DNA from: Bdellovibrionota bacterium | Lineage (GTDB): Bacteria; Bdellovibrionota_C; UBA2361; JBGSMV01 | Assembly: GCA_041739995.1 (NCBI GenBank) | Contig: JBGSMV010000005.1 | Coordinates: 1-63,707, forward strand | Length of the DNA stretch: 63,707 nucleotides | Reading direction: 5' to 3' | Part shown: positions 60,585 to 63,707 of the stretch, one piece after another | How the letters are laid out: every line of letters starts with the position of its first letter | How positions within the stretch are numbered: position 1 is the first letter of the stretch | Notes under the pieces: model-generated | Told to the model about the DNA's origin: nothing | Databases searched by the model: none | Seen by the model: only the letters and a program-made list of their open reading frames with translations | Translations under genes and position numbers: made by a program

Positions 60585-63002
60585 CTAAGCTGCTGCCTGC
60601 CCGCCGCTACTTGAATCATCGGAAGGTGCGCTGGTTGCTGGTGGGCCACTTGCTTCACGGGCTTTCTGAGCTGCGTCCTTCTTCTTGCGTTCCTCTTCCT
60701 TCTTAAGGCGAGTGTAATCAAGATAACAGAGATTTGCTTGAATATTATCGGTGTTGGAATACACGTAGGCCAAGAAAAATTCGGTTATCGTGGCTTTGCG
60801 GTTGAGCAGCTCTTCGGCAAGTCTCAAGACCAGGGCAGTCCGAGTTTTGTTTTCGCTCTCAAACGCTTCCCACCACTTGCGGGCACTGCCGGTAGTGTTG
60901 TCCCAGTCCAGGGTCTTCTTTACCTCTTCGAGCTTCGCTACCACCTGCTCCCCAGTCCATCCTGCGGTGTTGGTAATTCCCGCGGGCAATCCGCCCGGTG
61001 CGGTGGAGCCAGAAGCTGCAGCAGAGGAAGAAGCGATGGGCATCTCTTCCGAAAACTCGATTGGCTTCTCTCTTAGCTTGAGAGTCTCTTGGCCCTTAAA
61101 CTCCTCAAAGCGCTTGAGCATCCACGGGAGCTTGTAATACGGGATTAGAAATCCCTGGAATACCGGAGTATTTGGGAAGAAGAAGGTGCAAATGTTATCG
61201 GCTGGCTTTGCAATTTCATCCTGAGTAAGTACAGGGCGCTGTTGCACCTGCTCTTGCATGCTGTCGTTCTTGCTTGCGAAGAACTCAATCATCTTACGAT
61301 TGGAGCCGCTCGAATTGGTTTGGAATCGGATGGTCATTTGTCCCGATTCCTTGGAAGCCCATTCGCCATCAGCCTGATCAAGGTTCGGCATGAAGATCTT
61401 GGTGCTAAAACCCGCGAGTACCGAATCCGCGTGTTCCGAGTAGTTAGCCTTCACCTGGGCAATGGACTGAATCGCCGCGACGATGCTGATATTACGAGAA
61501 CGCAACGTGTTGAGCTTCACATGAATGTCGGGCAGTCGTCCGAGTGCGGACGCGAACTCGTCGATTACGAAGCCTACAGGACGTGGAAGCGCGGTGCCGG
61601 GGCAACGCTCGGCGAACTTGGTCAAGAAACGCAGAAGCTCGACTACGATAACGTTCGCCATGGGCCGAAGCATTTCGAGTTCAGATTCGCGCAGCTCAAC
61701 GATAAAGAGCGTTGGCTTGTCGATGATGTCCTGGACGTTTAGTTCATCCGTGGCAGTGGTCGCTCGTATGGCCTGAAGATCCCAAGCGCCAAGCCGCATA
61801 CTGAGTTCGGACATGATGGTGTCCGCATTTTGAGAGCCTGAGCGCGCCAGTTCCACGAACGTGCGCGTGTTCCGCAGTGCCTCAGGATGAGCCTCGAGCC
61901 AGTCAGCGAGCGGCTTCATACCAGACTGCACAATTTCGTGTACGCGCGGCATCGAGAGCGTTTCTTTGGGATCGTGAAGGAGTCCCACCATGATGGCATT
62001 CAGAATCTGGAGTGCGTTATTTCGGAAGAATGGGCTGTCTGACTTTGCGGTTGGCTGATCGGTAGCCATGATGATGGTATTCGCAATCAGTTTCGCGTCC
62101 GTGTCGTCCTCAATCTTCCCGAGAATGTTCCAACTAAGCGACCGCGCGGTGTCTAGCGGGTTGAACAGTAGGATGTTCTTGCTGGGATTGTACTTGGCGG
62201 TCAGGTTTGCCAGCTTTTCCCACATTTCAGGCTTTGAATCGATTACGATCGTCGAGCGTTCATGATTCAAGCAGTCGTCATACAGTACAGGGAGAATAAG
62301 GCTGGTCGTTTTACCAGATCCGGTCTTGGCAACCATCAGCATGTGCCGGTTTCTTTCGTTGCGGGGGACGACCAGCTCTGCAGACTTGAATGCGAGTCCG
62401 TCGCTTCCACGCAAATCAGAAACATTCAATTTTGTGTCGTATTTTGAATCACCGCGAGTCTTGGTCCACTTCGCAATCTGTTCAGTGTCGGCCAGGTCGG
62501 CAGAACCAAGTTCATTTGAAGCGGAACGTTTTGGTCTGGGGGCGCTACGGGCAAAGAACGAAGCGAAGGACAGATCGCCGATTAAGCTTCCGGTCTTGCG
62601 ATATTCTTTAACGCTGTGAAATCCAACTAGACCAGAGTAGGCGAGAAGACCGAGCGTGAGTACTTCTTGATAGATATGGCGAGTCTCGAGTGGTCCAACC
62701 AGGAAGTGAGCGAACGGCTCTAAGAAGGGCAGCGGCACGAGTAAGCCTTGGGTTTTCGGGAGTTCCGTCAGCCACTGAGTCATCAGCGTGGCGACTTCTT
62801 TGCTCTTCAAGAAATGAAAGCTGGCCGCGGTGATGAAGGCAACACTGATGGTTCCCGGAACCCATGTTTCTTTGACTTTCTGAAATTGAACCAAAAGCAA
62901 AAAGAGTCCCGGTCCACCAAGAAGGAGGATGCCCACCCACTGTGGCTGTAGATATAGCCAGTGAATGAAGTGGTAAGATAACTCTTCAAAGATCTGAAAC
63001 AT
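60585..63002 (-). CDS. VirD4/TraG-family type IV coupling ATPase with extra C-terminal domain
   Basis: N-terminal TM helices, ELGSA, RHMLMVAKTGSGKT (Walker A), VIDSKPE, FNP..WN, FVIDEFA (Walker B), RSRNI...IQSIAQV..Y. Confidence 0.85.
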   Translation of the reverse strand: MFQIFEELSYHFIHWLYLQPQWVGILLLGGPGLFLLLVQFQKVKETWVPGTISVAFITAASFHFLKSKEVATLMTQWLTELPKTQGLLVPLPFLEPFAHFLVGPLETRHIYQEVLTLGLLAYSGLVGFHSVKEYRKTGSLIGDLSFASFFARSAPRPKRSASNELGSADLADTEQIAKWTKTRGDSKYDTKLNVSDLRGSDGLAFKSAELVVPRNERNRHMLMVAKTGSGKTTSLILPVLYDDCLNHERSTIVIDSKPEMWEKLANLTAKYNPSKNILLFNPLDTARSLSWNILGKIEDDTDAKLIANTIIMATDQPTAKSDSPFFRNNALQILNAIMVGLLHDPKETLSMPRVHEIVQSGMKPLADWLEAHPEALRNTRTFVELARSGSQNADTIMSELSMRLGAWDLQAIRATTATDELNVQDIIDKPTLFIVELRESELEMLRPMANVIVVELLRFLTKFAERCPGTALPRPVGFVIDEFASALGRLPDIHVKLNTLRSRNISIVAAIQSIAQVKANYSEHADSVLAGFSTKIFMPNLDQADGEWASKESGQMTIRFQTNSSGSNRKMIEFFASKNDSMQEQVQQRPVLTQDEIAKPADNICTFFFPNTPVFQGFLIPYYKLPWMLKRFEEFKGQETLKLREKPIEFSEEMPIASSSAAASGSTAPGGLPAGITNTAGWTGEQVVAKLEEVKKTLDWDNTTGSARKWWEAFESENKTRTALVLRLAEELLNRKATITEFFLAYVYSNTDNIQANLCYLDYTRLKKEEERKKKDAAQKAREASGPPATSAPSDDSSSGGQAAA

Positions 63003-63279
63003 GGTCCCTTACAAATGGGCTCTCTCATGTGAGCCCAAGCAGTCTTTGAGGCTCTCGTCTGTCTACCGATTTCAATCGCTCGACAGTGAATCCAATAAGC
63101 GCATAGCGGCTAGAGAGCCACGCATTCTCTAAGAACTCATCGCGCTTACGGGTCTCAATGCTTCACTTTCGATTACCTAATAGGATGGTACCGTAATCGC
63201 CTAGAACAACCACCGTTTCTAGAAACGAAATAAATCTAGTCACTTAGAAGAAATGTGACTCTTCTGGTGAGATTGACGA

Positions 63280-63464
63280 CTGTTGGGCTGCCGAGCATGG
63301 TCAGGCAGATAATCCTAAATGGAGCGGTAGCCCCGCTTAGGAACCCAGACAGAACACGTAACTGTTGGGGGAGGCGGATAAGAGCGCGGGGTCATGGTCT
63401 CATCCGCTGGGTGACCTTCAAAATGTGGGATTCTACATACTTTGCGCTCACTTACCCCCTCAAC
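63280..63464 (+). ncRNA. Candidate structured RNA (two tandem multibranch domains), family unassigned
   Basis: Six nested stems found by eye, several G-U pairs consistent with the plus strand. Confidence 0.35.
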
Positions 63465-63707
63465 CCGCTTCCTACTGCTCTTTCTAGGATAATACATCAC
63501 TTTCAAAAGGTTAGGCGCGCAGTCATCTTTATAGAGAGCTCTCGACGCGCTCTCGTAAGCCTACCCCCGGAGAGCCTCACAATTAGGTGTTACCGAAGGA
63601 GCCTTGATCTGAAGCCTCGTAATTGGATGTTACCGAAGCATGCTTAAGCACCTGTCTTAACTGGGAGCGAAGTTGCTTCCGAAGTTTGATGGGTTTGAGA
63701 GTAGCTG

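Noticed and set aside
60585..63002. Conjugative element or ICE
   Set aside because: No relaxase, VirB4, integrase or att site near the coupling protein within the window
63178..63205. T-box-like AATAGGATGGTACCGT
   Set aside because: The antiterminator pairing fails and no stem I features are seen
63322..63340. c-di-GMP-I-like AGCGGGGCTACCG on the minus strand
   Set aside because: The upstream GCAAA and GNRA elements of that riboswitch are missing
63255..63647. 130-aa plus-strand ORF
   Set aside because: No RBS or motifs, atypical composition, overlaps the structured region; cannot be supported

Overview
Chromosomal window of a Gram-negative bacterium; gene content suggests a Bdellovibrionota/deltaproteobacteria-like lineage, but that is inference only. 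It is mostly housekeeping: a self-contained second type II fatty-acid synthase cluster (fabD, enoyl reductase, fabA, fabG, fabZ-like, KAS, ACP, acyltransferase, PPTase), ydbH-ynbE-ydbL, trmO, a DEAD helicase, cobB, miaE, ihfB, usg/asd-truA, pgk, accD, lptD, rfbB-rfbD-manC, aspC, gmd-rmd, fur/zur, two tRNAs (Arg-CCT, Leu-CAA), two fliD paralogs, a short flagellin, a beta-CASP nuclease and an orphan VirD4/TraG-type coupling ATPase. No CRISPR array, transposase or integrase is visible. Features most worth following up: (1) a tRNA-Arg attachment-site relic with a foreign tRNA 3' half and a nested mini-element; (2) an archaeal-adenylate-kinase-like / nucleoside-deoxyribosyltransferase-like fusion gene with a structured leader, bracketed by BIME-like repeats; (3) the orphan VirD4 with an unassigned C-terminal domain; (4) a candidate two-domain structured RNA at about 63.3-63.5 kb; (5) tandem fliD genes with apparently different sigma54 and sigma28 promoters; (6) two dispersed repeat families; (7) probable pseudoenzymes. 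All calls come from motif recognition by eye; no searches were run, and many start codons are estimates.
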